Shown here one piece after another: positions 24,917-38,072 of a stretch of 64,000 nucleotides of DNA. Source of the DNA: Curvularia clavata (lineage: Eukaryota); assembly GCA_023920165.1 (NCBI GenBank), contig CP089274.1, positions 1,054,001 through 1,118,000 of the forward strand. The letters run 5' to 3'. The position numbers and the translations under genes are program-made. The notes below the pieces were generated by a model. That model saw only the letters and a program-made list of their open reading frames with translations. It was not told the origin of the DNA and ran no database searches. Positions within the stretch are counted from its first letter, which is position 1; every line of letters starts with the position of its first letter.

Positions 24917-26305
24917 TTAACTCTGCCTTTCGGATCCACAAACACCACACAAGCCTGCATCTCCAGCATTGATGTATTGACTCCCTTTACAGGCCGGGCT
25001 CTGGCATGTCCAACAATCTACAACAAACTCCTTCTTCAGCACGTTGGCACATGCGCTGCAAGTAAGTGCTTCAGCACTGTTTTCGAGAGAACAGATTGGA
25101 CAAGCGCAAGTACGAGACGCCACAATAGGACGGCTTGGTGTAGAATGTGAAGGCTCAGGACGGCGCTTGTGCAATTCGGAGAGGGAGATGATTGATGAAG
25201 ATGTACTCTGTGGTACAATGGATTTAGATTTGATTGCGGCGGTCGATGTAGAACTCTTGGTCGTCGTCTGCGCCTGCCGTGAGTTGTTTGAGCTCTTAGT
25301 TGGTGCGGACTTCTTCTTCGAGACTTTGCGTAAGGGTGCAAAACCTTGCATCTCTTCCAACTCCCTCTTCGCGTTGCCGTCTTTGTCGTCTTCATCTTCA
25401 CAGACTTTGACGAGTGCGCGACCTTTGTCATCGAGCATGCTCTTTCCGTCTACGTCAACTGCTGCACCAAGTTGATCTCCTTCAATAAATTCATCGTCCG
25501 AATCGCTTTCTGAGGATATTTCTTCCTTCTTGATTGTGATTTCGTCTTTTTTCGCTGTTTCAAAACGTGCTAAGGCTGCTGCTGCTCTCAGGTCCCGGCC
25601 TCGTGCGCTCCCTGCGACTCTCGGCTTTCCCTTCTTTTCTACCCCCTTCTCAAGTTTGACTTTTGTATCATTGTCAGCGCCCAAAGCTTGTCCTCCTGCG
25701 CCAAATTTCTTGAGTATCCTTCTCTGTTTTCTCTCCGCGTAAGTGAGCGTTTGTTTCTCCTTTCCGCCTCGCTTCCTCTTCCCACCCCTGCGAGCGTATG
25801 TACCACCGCAAAGATGCTCAGGAACATCTATATGATCTCCATCGCTGGCTTGTGTTGCGCCTGTGTCTAGCTCTCGACCCCTACCCCACAGCCCTTCGCC
25901 AGTGTAACCTCTCGCCCAGAGTGCCCTCAGTTCTGCAGCGTACGCATCCCGCACACTCCAAAACGCCTTTGAATGGTTCATTTGCTTGCAATGGGCAAGC
26001 TCATGTACCATGACCATCTCAACCATTCTTTGAGGTAGCCATCGTCCATTTCGATCCCTCAGCACCAACTGTATGACCTCACCCGCGTTGAAGTTGCGGC
26101 CAACAAACTCGGTATTATAGGGAAACTCTTCAAGTGCCTGTACGAGAATCATGTGGGATTTCATGAAGGGATAGCATATGGCTGCGACGCGGTTCAGGAT
26201 GTTTTCAGCCGTGGGGGACGTCGGACCAGGGAGCGTGCGTATGAAGTTGATGTGGGCATTAGGACGTTGTGTGCGCTCGTTGATGCGCTCGAAACCGAGA
26301 ACCAT
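24917..26305 (-). CDS. WLM (Wss1-like) zinc metalloprotease with C-terminal zinc fingers
   Basis: LEEFPYNTEFVGRNFNAGEVIQLVLR, HELAH...MNHSKAFW, and C-terminal CPIC/CSAC and WTC...C...CGVC motifs. Confidence 0.9.
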   Translation of the reverse strand: MVLGFERINERTQRPNAHINFIRTLPGPTSPTAENILNRVAAICYPFMKSHMILVQALEEFPYNTEFVGRNFNAGEVIQLVLRDRNGRWLPQRMVEMVMVHELAHCKQMNHSKAFWSVRDAYAAELRALWARGYTGEGLWGRGRELDTGATQASDGDHIDVPEHLCGGTYARRGGKRKRGGKEKQTLTYAERKQRRILKKFGAGGQALGADNDTKVKLEKGVEKKGKPRVAGSARGRDLRAAAALARFETAKKDEITIKKEEISSESDSDDEFIEGDQLGAAVDVDGKSMLDDKGRALVKVCEDEDDKDGNAKRELEEMQGFAPLRKVSKKKSAPTKSSNNSRQAQTTTKSSTSTAAIKSKSIVPQSTSSSIISLSELHKRRPEPSHSTPSRPIVASRTCACPICSLENSAEALTCSACANVLKKEFVVDCWTCQSPACKGSQYINAGDAGLCGVCGSERQS

Positions 26306-28470
26306 GGTGCTTATGATCGAAGGCGCATTGTATGTTTCTAAGCGTGTAAGTGACAGGCCAAAGACTGCGGCCTAAAGAAGCGCGCAAGCGACAGGACTGG
26401 TTACTCGGTGGCGTTGTTGCTTTCTGGAGATAAGCGTGGGACCGGGGTTAATCGACGCCACTACGACGCGCTGTCACACGTCACTACTGCTCTGCGCGAT
26501 CTCCCTCTTACTAACAATTTAACCTTACTATCTCCCAGACAACACTCCTGCACACTTGTAGTCATACATCAATCCAACATTCATATACCTCCATCAGTGA
26601 AACCAAATCTTTCTCCTCGTAATGGATGATAAAGTATTCATTTGATCTACTTCGGCGACCTTTCAACAGCAGTAGTGTCGGAAGCTTAGCTAGCAACTCC
26701 CACCTATGTCTAGATGCGCAGCAGCCGAGGACACTAGATACCTTTTCAACTACCGTTTCTAGAAGTCAACGTAGGCTCGCTGATATACGAAATTATCGAT
26801 ACCTGCAGCTCTGGCGCTTGCAAGGCCTGCGATTTTTTGAGGAGTGGAAAAGAAGCAGCTGATGTCGTTGGAACAATGATAAGTGATAAGTTGAGCCTAG
26901 GCACCTGGTCAGGTAGAGTTGGTTCGTTTGCGAGGTTTCTCACACTTGCTTGCGCCCTCCTTTGTTAGGATGAACTGCACGGCATTATGGCGCAGCTGGA
27001 TGGTTTTCATCCTGCAAGTTAACAGATGGGTTGCTGATTGGATTATAGCATGTTCTTTCCTGACATTTAGGCGATTGGTTTTTTATTGTTAATTTCGATT
27101 CCATAGCTATCACGCCGAACACAATGTTCTTGTAGCTCTAGCTCCCTGTCACAGTTGCTTCCAAAGCTTTCTCGTGCACTTCGATAAAGGAGGGAAAGAA
27201 AGAGATCACCCCTAGCAGCCAAGGAGGTCAGTGGCTAGAGCTAAGCATAGCCCTCTCCAGTGCTGTTGATGACACGTCAGTATCAATTTCACTTCAGCAT
27301 AATCGGTACTACACAAGACGTTCAGCACGATCTACTTATCTTTGTAAAACATACTTTTGCAAAAGGTATTTACAGAGTTTTTGTGCACGAAATCTACTGC
27401 GTTCTCCTCTTATATGCTATTTCCAAGTTCAAAGCGGGACCTCTCGCCCTCTAGATCTTTCTAATAACCCACCATAGACTTTAGCAGCATGGTACGGTAC
27501 GTTATTAGAATCCATATCTTTCCGTTCATTGAGTCCATCTTACGGATGCTCACCACTATGAAGTTCGGCCCATGACTGAACATGCGGTATAGCTTTGGAT
27601 GCGTGGTTTCAAGCTTGTAGCCTGCTGCTGACTCAGATGATATATTCACAAAACATTGAGGCTTACATAGCGTCAGCGCCCTTCCTAGCGACGCCGAAGC
27701 TGTTTACATCTCTACGCAAACATTTGCCTTGTCATCACTTCTTGGACGTTTGATGCCCCGTTTTGCTATCTCATTCTCACAAAATGGCGCAAACGGAATC
27801 ATCAACACGCAGCCTGCCGTGTCGCCAGCAGAGTGAATAAGAGCAGATATGTGGGCGGTACGACTCAACTGGGAACAACGTCAGAGACATTTTGGTCAAA
27901 CCAAAGAACAATGATTGTCAGAGCATAATGAGAATAAATGTTTATGATAACAACGTCAGCTCTAGACTGCGTTCATTGCGTACGCGAGGTACTCGGATAG
28001 GTGAGCCGACAATTGCCAACGTTTTTGCTGGATATGGTCTAGGGCGGTCCCACCGCAAGTCCATACAGAACCCCAGGCTTGCAGGGCCGCAGCGATTATA
28101 AACTCAGCGCGGACGCAGAACTTTCCACATTTGGCAAGCTTCTCCTCTCCGCTAATCTGTCATTGCGCAAATATCAGCGTATATATAGAGGTAAGGCGAG
28201 GACGCGGATACTCCACACTACTTCTCCATTCTAACGTGGATCCCGCTCCCGCTATCTGCAGGGCCACTATGCCAAGGGTGGGGAATACAGAAAACAAGCC
28301 ACAGCGATGGCATTCCTAAATTGACTTGTTCGAAAGCATTCATGTAAAGACAACACTTTTGCGCTGTGGGCGACAACATGGTAAATGTGTGCATGGACCT
28401 GGTCTCAACGTCTTGCAAATAAATTCAAGCTAAGATTACATAGTTCAATCAAAGCAATAACAATTCTTAT

Positions 28471-29865
28471 TTATATAACTAACGTACTTGTAGCAGTATC
28501 CTTGAAGCTTTCCGTCCACGTAGTAGGGCCATGAGAAGACTGCCACACCGAATCGAGCGTCGTTTGCACAGCTAGGACGGACTCAAATTGCAAGTTCTTA
28601 TGAATTTTGCTCAGCGTTTCCGAAACATATGTCCTTTGTGTCTCATCAAGGGAATGGGCACCAGCTACATAAAGTGGAAAAAGAGCACAGTTTTGTGCTT
28701 TCGATCTCGGATCCATGCCCTGGATGCACTCCAAGCAAGCACCAACATGCTGCTGCACAAGGGCATGTTTGGCCGGAATGTTTTGTATCGCACTGTAAAG
28801 GTATATGAGCGCCGCGTGCTGAAAGGCAATGATCAAAGAAAGCGATGCTGCGATCGTGGGCTCGGATAGTGCTGTCCCCTTATCTCCGCTGGTACCCGAC
28901 TCGGTTGCGTCGTCGGTCGTCGGGTATGAAGGTTGAAGGGCACGCTCAAATGCTTGCACCTGATCGATGCAGAACTCCTCCCCATTCTGGATTTTGTGGC
29001 GGTAGAAGCTCATCTCAGCCATGGTAGAAAAGACAGAGGCTAGAGTTCTACTCCCAGGAACAGTCTCCCACCATACGGATCCGGCTTCCATATAGTTCCA
29101 AATTGTAGCTGGAAAAGAAGGTGGCCTGTCCTGCAGCAAAGCATCGGTTAGATCGGTAGAAGCCATTTCAGATAGGAGCATTCTTGTGATCCTGTCGGAC
29201 GACGCCCATGCCGCTTGGAAACCTCCAAGAGCATTAATGATGGCCAACACTCCTGCGAAATGGCAATGGGTGGATGCACCGTCGTTGTTGCAGTTCAAAT
29301 AGCCTTCCAGGAAGTAGAGCAGTAGCACTGCTACCAGGAGCGCGGAAAGAGCGGCATTTTCAGGGTTCCCGCCGCCTAAATGGCTCCGGATGGTGGCCAG
29401 ACAATGTGTCCTTCTCTTACTGAGAGCCTGCGGGGAAGATTCTTTTTCCTGCAGGGCACGATGCTCTTCTGCAAACACACATAGGGCCTGGAGAACTGGT
29501 TGGGAGCGCAAGGCCAGCGCAACTGGAGGAGGACAAGGCTCATCAAGAGTAGAAAAGAGAGGCCACAGACGCGCCCTGAAGTAGTCAATAGCCTTCCGTT
29601 CATGGACAGCTAGGTCGAGTCCATTCAGCGTGTGCGCTTGAGACAGCTGTATGTGGAATTCGGGCACAGTCTTGGCAGGGCGCTTCTTCCAGCGAAGCAG
29701 CACTTTGTCGTAGCTGCAGTCCTCCGTCTGCGAATTGATACAGCGACGGCAGGCAGGTTTCTGGAGGTCACACTTCACGCGCCTTTGCTTGCATGGCCAG
29801 CAAGATCCTTCGACTGTGCGGCGCCTCTTCGGTTGGCTGCTGCCAGACGACTCTGGGGGCGACAT
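28471..29865 (-). CDS. Zn(II)2Cys6 transcription factor (Fungal_trans_2-type C-terminus)
   Basis: CWPCKQRRVKCDLQKPACRRCINSQTEDC binuclear cluster; C-terminal ALIYLY and LFPLYVAG motifs. ATG at 29865. Confidence 0.9.
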   Translation of the reverse strand: MSPPESSGSSQPKRRRTVEGSCWPCKQRRVKCDLQKPACRRCINSQTEDCSYDKVLLRWKKRPAKTVPEFHIQLSQAHTLNGLDLAVHERKAIDYFRARLWPLFSTLDEPCPPPVALALRSQPVLQALCVFAEEHRALQEKESSPQALSKRRTHCLATIRSHLGGGNPENAALSALLVAVLLLYFLEGYLNCNNDGASTHCHFAGVLAIINALGGFQAAWASSDRITRMLLSEMASTDLTDALLQDRPPSFPATIWNYMEAGSVWWETVPGSRTLASVFSTMAEMSFYRHKIQNGEEFCIDQVQAFERALQPSYPTTDDATESGTSGDKGTALSEPTIAASLSLIIAFQHAALIYLYSAIQNIPAKHALVQQHVGACLECIQGMDPRSKAQNCALFPLYVAGAHSLDETQRTYVSETLSKIHKNLQFESVLAVQTTLDSVWQSSHGPTTWTESFKDTATSTLVI

Positions 29866-31959
29866 CAGGGTGCATGACGCGGTCGGAATTGTGGCGATGG
29901 CACAGTGGGGCGAGGGGACCTCGCTTTGAGCAAAGAGTCGGATTATGGGGTTCAAAAACCTGGAGACGAAATGAAAACGCACGGCGCTGGCATCGAGTCA
30001 ATGCATTAGGGTGGAAAAGGTCCGAGAAGCTTCGTCCTGCTGGAGCGCTATTCCGCTTGGTAATGCATGCCAAGAACCCCTAACCGCAACTTGCTCTCGT
30101 GCTCTCCTCTCAGCCGCAGCATTTCCACGCACACGCAATGGCCAAGTTTGCTTTCCACGCCCGGAACGCCATCCTCCTTTTATCTACTGTGGTCGACGCT
30201 CTTGACCGCTTCCTGACCTGGATGGAGTGACAAGGGGCACGAGGGGTTACCTCGCGGCCTTGAGATGCCCACCTTCACCCCCCACCTCCACGTACCTTGG
30301 CTAGCGCGATCGCATCGGACACTTGGCAATGTGGATGAGCTATCCGCCTTTCAAATACTCGTCTAGCCGGTATACGGCGGTACTTGAGCGAGGTACTACG
30401 AGTGGAACCGCGGCTTCCCGTGACAGTCCACACGTCACAACCTTACAACCTCCATCTGCGCTTTTACTGATGATATTTCAATCTCCCATTACCACATCGT
30501 CGTCAGCATGGGGAATTACACGATGGCAGCGAAGAATGATCATCATGATTAAAATGACAATATTTGAAGAGCGCCTTGTCGAGTGCCGCCCTGCCGACCA
30601 CTACCAGGGCTGCAGCCTCGTATCACTGCATTGTACATTATGGCGCGTGAAGCCTCATGCTAGATATTTTCCTTTTTGCACACGGAACTTCTCCGCGTTG
30701 TTTGCATAAGGATTTGTCCCTGACATAAGAATACTTACAGGCACAGCGCAGTATCTAGAATTGCAGGCAGAACATTCTATGCGCCCGTAAAGGAGAAGCT
30801 GAGTCGGCATGTAGGGGGCGGCCTGGAATAGTAGCCAATGCATTATGTGCTCTATGTTGCTCTGGCTCTCCCGCAGCATACCTACGAGCTTTATTTCGAT
30901 AATGACAGCGTGCACTCAACATCACGCCTCTTACAAAAACCATCTCTCAACGTTCACCATAGTCACCAGATGTGGCATCCAGCAAGGCCGCCTAAATAGC
31001 TCCTGGTGACAGGGATCTGGTCAAAGTTCCAACGTCACCATTCCCAGAAAACAAATCCGGGGCTCGGTTTGTGCTTTGGGTCACATGAGCATCCGTGCAT
31101 GTTTGGCACGAGGCCTTGTTTCGCAAGTTTCTGCCTCAGGTCTCTGATCGACATGCGAACTATATTGGGTTCTAGTATGCCAAACAGCCTAGTCACACCA
31201 ATCCAGCGATGCCAAAGTGAGCCACCATGCAGTGTCGCGACACCACACGAAACTATTATAGGCGCTAGATCCCAAATACAGTAGATCTTGGTTCCGGAAA
31301 ATCAAGCCTTGACAATTCAATGTCTGACGAACTCACCGCTGAGCAGTTGTTGATGTCGTCTCTGATTCGACAACCTCCGCCAACGCAAGTGACGTGTTGT
31401 ACGTGAGCGCGGCACGTTGCTCTGTTGGGAATATCGCGGTTGCTGTCTTTGGAGTAGTGACCAGCATTTACATGTGCTCCTCCAATCACCAGCGCATCAT
31501 TGAGTAAGCTTGGCACGTTCCTTCTGCTGATAAGCGTCCGTTGACCCGTTGTTCTTTTGTGCGAGCGACCCGGGCCTCAACTTGCCTGGGCATGGCGAGT
31601 CTGCGCTTGGGCTTCCACATTCATGATTGAGGCTGTCAGCTAGTAGTTGTTTATGTGTGTTCCACTAGAAGCCTTTTCCCGAAGTGATCGACAAGTCGCG
31701 GGTCCCCAGGGGTTGTGTTTTCATTTTGGGATTGCTTTTGCCATTTCAGGAACGGCTTTGCACTCTGATACCTTGGTGGCTGTTGTAGCAATGGCACACT
31801 ATTCCGAACACTGGGTCGTCGAGATATATAAGGGTTGCTCTTGCATCTGTTTTCAAGATCACCCATCAGCCCACTCATATCACTACTCATTACAACTATA
31901 TTTCTTAATCTTTATTAACTCGTCAATCATTACATATTGTATATTCTTACACCATCCAG

Positions 31960-33051
31960 ATGGTTCACAAAGCCGCACTAGCATTCCCTCTTCTTGGGCT
32001 CTCCCTCTTCGTATCGGCAGGTCCTTTGCAACAGCGAGAAGCTGCTCCGGATTGGGTTGAGGATGAGGTTGGCTACGGAAGCGTGGAGAAGCTTTACTAC
32101 GAGATCGTTGGCGGTTCGAAGCCTCCCGTCGATAGCCATAAGGAACCGAAGCCTGAGAAATGTGGAAAGGGAAGCACAGACAAGTGCTGTGTGTGTATGT
32201 TGAATGAAGCACATCTTTGTTGCCTTGAATATTGACGGAACACAGGGTTCGATGTTTCCGCTGAGCTCACGAAACTATTTGTAGGAGAAGATAAGCAATG
32301 CAATGATAACGCTCGAGGAGCGGTTCGCCTGGGTTTTCACGACGCTGGATCTTGGGACCAAAGCTCCACTGAAGGCGGTGCTGATGGATCACTGCTCATG
32401 GACTTTGGTGAACACGAACGCGCAGAAAACAATGGTCTTCAACAGGTTCGCACACTGCTACGCGGGGTCCAGGAGAAGTACAAGGTGGGCTATGCTGATC
32501 TTGTACAATACGCTCACAACCACGCCACTGTATCGTGTCCAAAGGGACCTCGAGTGCGTACATTCATCGGTCGAAAGGATGCCACTAAGGCAAACTCCAA
32601 AGACCTTCTCCCCAACGTCCATGACAACCCTGACAACCTTATCAATCTCTTCGGAAGAAAGGGCATTTCTCCACGCGAACTCGCAGCTCTCCTCGGTGCT
32701 CATGCAACAGCGCATCAACGCTTCGTGGACACATCCGCGACGGCAGTCAACAAGCCTCTCGACACTACTCCTGGCATTTGGGATGTGGAGTTCTACAACG
32801 ATACACTCAACAACCCCAGTGGTTCCACCGCTGATCAGAAAATCTTTGTCCTACCCAGCGACAAAGCGCTGTCCCAACATCCCCGAACTAGCGGTGACTG
32901 GCATAGCTTTGTCGGCAACCAGGATGGTTGGAACATTGACTACGCCAGGGCCTACACCAAAGTGAGTCTGTTTGGCGTCAAGCAGGAACAGTTGGCGAAG
33001 ATGGTGGACTGCACCAAGACGCTACCTGCTAGCCGCGACGTATTCCCATAG
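31960..33051 (+). CDS. Secreted class II heme peroxidase (generic ascomycete type)
   Basis: Signal peptide. Intron 32195-32245 joins CCV|WFDVS. Motifs ARGAVRLGFHDAG (distal Arg/His), GGADGSL, IGRKDA, LLGAH (proximal His), DTTPGIWD and LPSD. Confidence 0.9.
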
Positions 33052-33733
33052 AAACCCGAGGTTTCTTTTTCAATATTTTGTAATATACACTCCTCATGAA
33101 TATAGACTTTAATATATTTGCAATCATATTCCAGTCCCCATGGACTGATCACGTCATCATGAGCTTTGGACCCAGGGACTTCGACGCATATTGTTTTGCT
33201 TTTTGTGAAAATAAGTAGCGCTGCAGCCCTAGGCGGCCACTAACGATTGCTCGAGAAATAGACTGCAGATCTCTATCCCTCTTCTACCAAATACACTCCT
33301 GCGTACCGTGCACTTCAAAAGCACCTTGAAGCAAAAATCTTGCCTGAGGCAGTGCAGTCGGCGACAGAAGCAATCAGCGCAGTTTCATCAATTCCATCAA
33401 ATTTCTTTTCAAAGGAACACTTTTTGAAATATGCCATCTAATTTAATTTACTCCATGTAACAGCATAGTCCACTGAATGGAGACTGGCGGGGTGGTGGTG
33501 GCTGACTCAGCAAAATCAGCAGCCAAGGGCCCACGTCAGGCGACTGAGGGAGCGAGCTTGCTTTGTTTGTAAGGTGCGGAGAGCTCAGCCAAACGTCACC
33601 AACCGGGCACACGAGCGACACAACCTCACCCACGACGCCGCCGCGCTCCCCCCGACAATCGACCTATATTCAGAACTCAGAGTCGGTCCATTACAGGCTA
33701 CAGCGCTGATTGAAAAGAGCAATTAGGAATACA

Positions 33734-34336
33734 ATGGCTGCTCAGGTCTTGAGGCAGGCGGCTCGCGCCGGAGCGGCGTGCCGTATGCCCATGGCTACTG
33801 CTTCTCGCGCATTCCAGACTAGCGCTGTCTTGAGGCAGGAGGTTGTTACCGTGCCGGTGAAGAAGCCTGTCGGTGCTTTTAGGGGAGGGTAAGTCACTCC
33901 GTTGACTGCGGGCTGGTCGGTTGTACGAAACGTTGGCATGGTGGGGAGAGATCCACGAACTTTTGTTGTTGGGGGAAGAAGCGAAGACCAGCCCCGATGG
34001 TTCGGGGGGAATGTTCATGATAGCATTGGAGATTGCTAACGATATTCAGACTCTTTGGTTTTCTCCTCGGCGCAACGACTTCTGGCGCGGGCATGTACTA
34101 CTATGTCATCGATGAATATCGTGTTTCGAACCAGCTTCTGACCGAAGATATCTATGTACGTCGACCTCCCATCTCATCCCGATAATGCGCATTTGGCGAG
34201 GTGGAGGACAGAATGGGGGTAGTACAAAGCAATTGGACAGGGACTGATATGACACCAGGCGCTCCAGTCCGCCGTCCAACGGATAGAGGGCTACGTCCGC
34301 ACCCTCGAGGAGAAGGTCGATGCGAAGAAGCGATAA
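33734..34336 (+). CDS. Small conserved fungal protein with a mitochondrial presequence, one TM helix and a short coiled coil
   Basis: Three exons spell MAAQVLRQAAR...KKPVGAFRGG|LFGFLLGATTSGAGMYYYVIDEYRVSNQLLTEDIY|ALQSAVQRIEGYVRTLEEKVDAKKR*. All introns are GT-AG. Confidence 0.75.
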
Positions 34337-35525
34337 ACTCGTTCTTACTGATTGACGAAGTGATCGACGGACGTCTTCCTGGATCCCGGCGAGAGGGATT
34401 GCGCACGGCAGACACTTTCGGCTGGCAGATGGCACAAAACGATATGGGGGATGCGACGGACATGTACAATATTGCATTGGTCTTTGTTCGCTTAATTACG
34501 AAATTGCAACGTCATGGCGGCCGTCCTACAATGTCTCATTTAAACATTTGTAACCGAAGTATTGATCACCAGTGCCACGTGGTGGCTAAGTTATTAAATG
34601 ATCAACAGCAAAGAAGCTAAGGCTTATCACATATTGCTTCTCTATTCGGACTGCGCCGGTATTGAGGCGTCGTTTTCACAGCATACTAGACTTATCTATT
34701 CCCGCATGGCGCTTTTAATTGTCGTCTTCTGCCGAAGCACAGCCATGGCAAAGCAAAACACAGATACTATTGCCGGACCTCACGATAACTATTAGCTTTT
34801 TCACATAAACGAAGCCGAAATTACTAGTGATTCAAGCCTCATATTTCTTCAGTGAAAGAATGTGAGTGCGGTCAGCCTATTTATTCAGCACCATGGAGCC
34901 TTTACATCTTTCCGAATCTGCACACGAAAGACTATCAGTAAGTTTTCATTTCACGATACGCTCTTGCATATTGCAAAACAATCTGAATATTTCTGCGCAT
35001 GACGTATCTTTCATACTGTATCCAATGGAAAGAAGACTGTAATATCGCATGCGTCTTCTCTATAATCAAATACTCTACTCATTTTCTCGACTAAACGTAC
35101 AAAGGTACTGTTGAAGAACCAATGACTCAGTCCCGAATACTAATCTTTGGCGTATTATGCGCCATCTCCCTAGGCTTTATTATGAGGTATAATACTGTGA
35201 GGGCTGTGTGAGATACCTAAGTTCCGTGAGCGGTCTATTGTTTAAACATGCGGGCGCGTCTTATGCAAAAGACCACACTTGTTCAGGAATTCAAACAATC
35301 ATTAGGAGGCATATACAAGGAAAGCGCGGCAGTGTGTTTGATTTTGAAGAAAGACTTTTTTTTGCGGAAATTCTACAGCTCGAGTATGCACCGCATTGAA
35401 AAGAAGAGAACTCATTTTTTGTGTCGCGATGACCTTGATGTGCAAGCCATCACATTGAGTAAGTGTTTCTGGCGATGAATATGCTGGATGTCAAGAAGAG
35501 GACCAGCCCTCAACTACATGTCCCA

Positions 35526-37434
35526 CTATACGCGCCTAGGCGTAAGGTTGACATCCAGCTTCCCAACCGTCACAGTAAAGCAGTCCTGGCTCTTATTCTC
35601 AATCGTGCTTCCATCCTCACCATCTGCGAAAGTGATCTCGAAGGACCGGACCAGATTGGCCACAATGCTGCGCATTTCCGTAATTGCCAATTTCTGCCCT
35701 ATGCAATTGTATGCTCCAGTAATGAAAGTGAGAAACGTGCGCTTGTCGATGATAGCGTTGGGATTCTCGGTGGTCCAGCGTTCCGGCATGAATTTGAGAG
35801 GCTGTTCCCAATAGCGTGGGTCACGATGGAAGCTGTAAATGGGTGTCCATACAAGGACGTTACCAGGTATATATGTTCCATTGGGGAGAGTGATGCCTTC
35901 GGGAGGTGTTTCGCGCGGAGGTCCAGAGGGGACTCCAGGGTGTAGTCGCAGTGTTTCGTGGACAACACCATCTAAATACTCACATTCCGCTAAATCGCTA
36001 ACTTCAAGATGAGATTTCTCTGGTTTTATAGCGCCGATTGTGTCTCGCAGTTTGCTCTGGATCTCGGGATGTGTGCAAAGTTCATATACGAGAAAGGACA
36101 TTGATGCGGCCACTGTGTCACTATCGGGTTGTCAATACTATTGTCCATCCTCACTTCTAATCTGGAAATATCGAAGCGCGACGTATTTTCCATGTGCTCT
36201 GAATATATGTTTAGGGACGGAATTTTGAGATATACGTACCTGCCAGCTATGATCAGAAGCCGGGAGTCAGAGTTCATATCGGGAGTGACTCGATTGACAT
36301 CTTTGTTCAAAAGCCAGGAGAACACGTCATTCTCTTTTGGTGTATTCTATCTATTGTTAGACATAATAGCGTCTGGAAATAAAGATGCATGCTATACCTT
36401 TATTCTGTGCTCCAGGACCTTGCGACTCCACTCCATGTGCTCATGGAGTCGCTTTGCGCAAATAGGTATTCGCATTACGAGGTTCAATGCCCAAGGAATG
36501 TGTGAAAACAAGGTCAACAATGATGTGCTGTCATGCAATAATTTGATGGGAGCAGCTTCTTTTCCTTTGCTAACCATACCAAAGTTGTGATTGAACCCGA
36601 TGTCTCCCATGACGTCAAAGCTGTAGAAATTAAGCCATTTATTGATTCGAACCGGGCCATGCATTGATTGCTCTTTGAGTTTTGACATGAGGGCAAGCGC
36701 GTGTCGATTAAGACGAGGCTCATATTCGCGCAAAGCCTTGGCGTTGAAGGCGCGATCCCAGACCTTGCGGCGTTGGCGGTGCTCTGCCTTGTCCGATGTT
36801 GTCTGAAGTGAATGGCCAGCGGCTTTTCCAAAGAGTCCGTATAGACAGGGAGGCTTCCTGCATTTGGAGGTCGGTCCATGTATGAGAGGGATAGCATCAG
36901 CACAGTAAACTGTTACTTCTCGTGGACCAGTTCGAATCACGTCTACTTGGTACTTGTGGTGCAATTGTTGTTGCCACTTGAAGTATTGCAATTTGGTTGG
37001 AAGGACGCCAGCATAAATCCCGTAAAACTTGGAGAACCGTGCCAGAAGTGGTCCTGGGAACTTGGTTGATCAGTGGGAAAAATAAGGATTACAGAAAAGC
37101 AACGGTGAAACAAAAAGAAACAATCCATGGCAAGGCCGCATACCTTTCGAAGACGGTGGAAGAGCCCACGATGCAGCAGGACGCTAGTAACCAGAACGCT
37201 GAAGTAAATTGATGCTATCATTGTTGTGACCTGAATGGTTGCAGTTAGAGTCTCGACAGCCATATATGTGATAGCTGCAATTCCCCCAAAAGCGAGAGCC
37301 CACGTGCGTAAAATTAAGTAGCATGAGCTCTCCCATTCAGCGCTGTGAGCGATGTAGTGTGTGAACAGGGCAAGTATGGCTATCAACGGCTTGCTCCGTA
37401 GAAGCTCAGCGAGTGCGTGGTAAGTGGACGCCAT
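35526..37434 (-). CDS. Cytochrome P450 monooxygenase
   Basis: Four exons. N-terminal TM segments, FPGP, IRTGPRE, I-helix IIAG|SDT, ETLR (ExxR), PERW, and heme motif FITGAYNCIG. Confidence 0.92.
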
Positions 37435-38072
37435 GGCCACCGTAGAGGATGGAAATCGAAGCTCAGACAGTTGGCCCTTGGTACTGGTTTTTTATCGTTT
37501 GCTGGCGAGTTTCATAGGCTGTAACAGGACGCTCAGAGTCCAGCGGGGCCTTCAGATTTTATGAAGAACGATGCATGGTGGGGCATTTGCTGGATTCAGC
37601 TGCTTCTCGATTTGTTGGTAGTGTCTCCCCGCTGACCTGCAGCCGCCTGTGAATATTCCGTACACAGGGATGGCGGGGCACTAGGCGGGGGTACTAATCC
37701 CGCGCCTGGCACTCACCACCCCTGGTAATTGCAATCGGGGTTTTTTGGTGTATAGAATATAATCTATTCGAAATCCTTTCCGATAGCGGTGGCAGCCTAG
37801 CACCATGTAAGTCATTCTGCGATTAGCGAAAAAGGGTAACATCACTCTAATAGTCTAAACTCACTTAGCGCTTACAACTCTATTTTTGAAGTTGCTGTAT
37901 TTGCCACAGTTCTATATCACTTACTGTGTTGAGAGCTTGTTTTTATATTAGCTGAGCTTGTTTTGATTTTCCGATTTTACCTACTGGTTGTGGATAGCAT
38001 GCACGAAACCCTGCCAAAGGATGGCCCCGATGCTGACTGTTCTTACGGGGCGTTTCATCACACGCGTCAGCT

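Noticed and set aside
34936..37980. P450 carried inside an element with GTAA...TTAC ends
   Set aside because: The left-end similarity to about 53956 is only around 10 bp and no TSD is present, which is insufficient.
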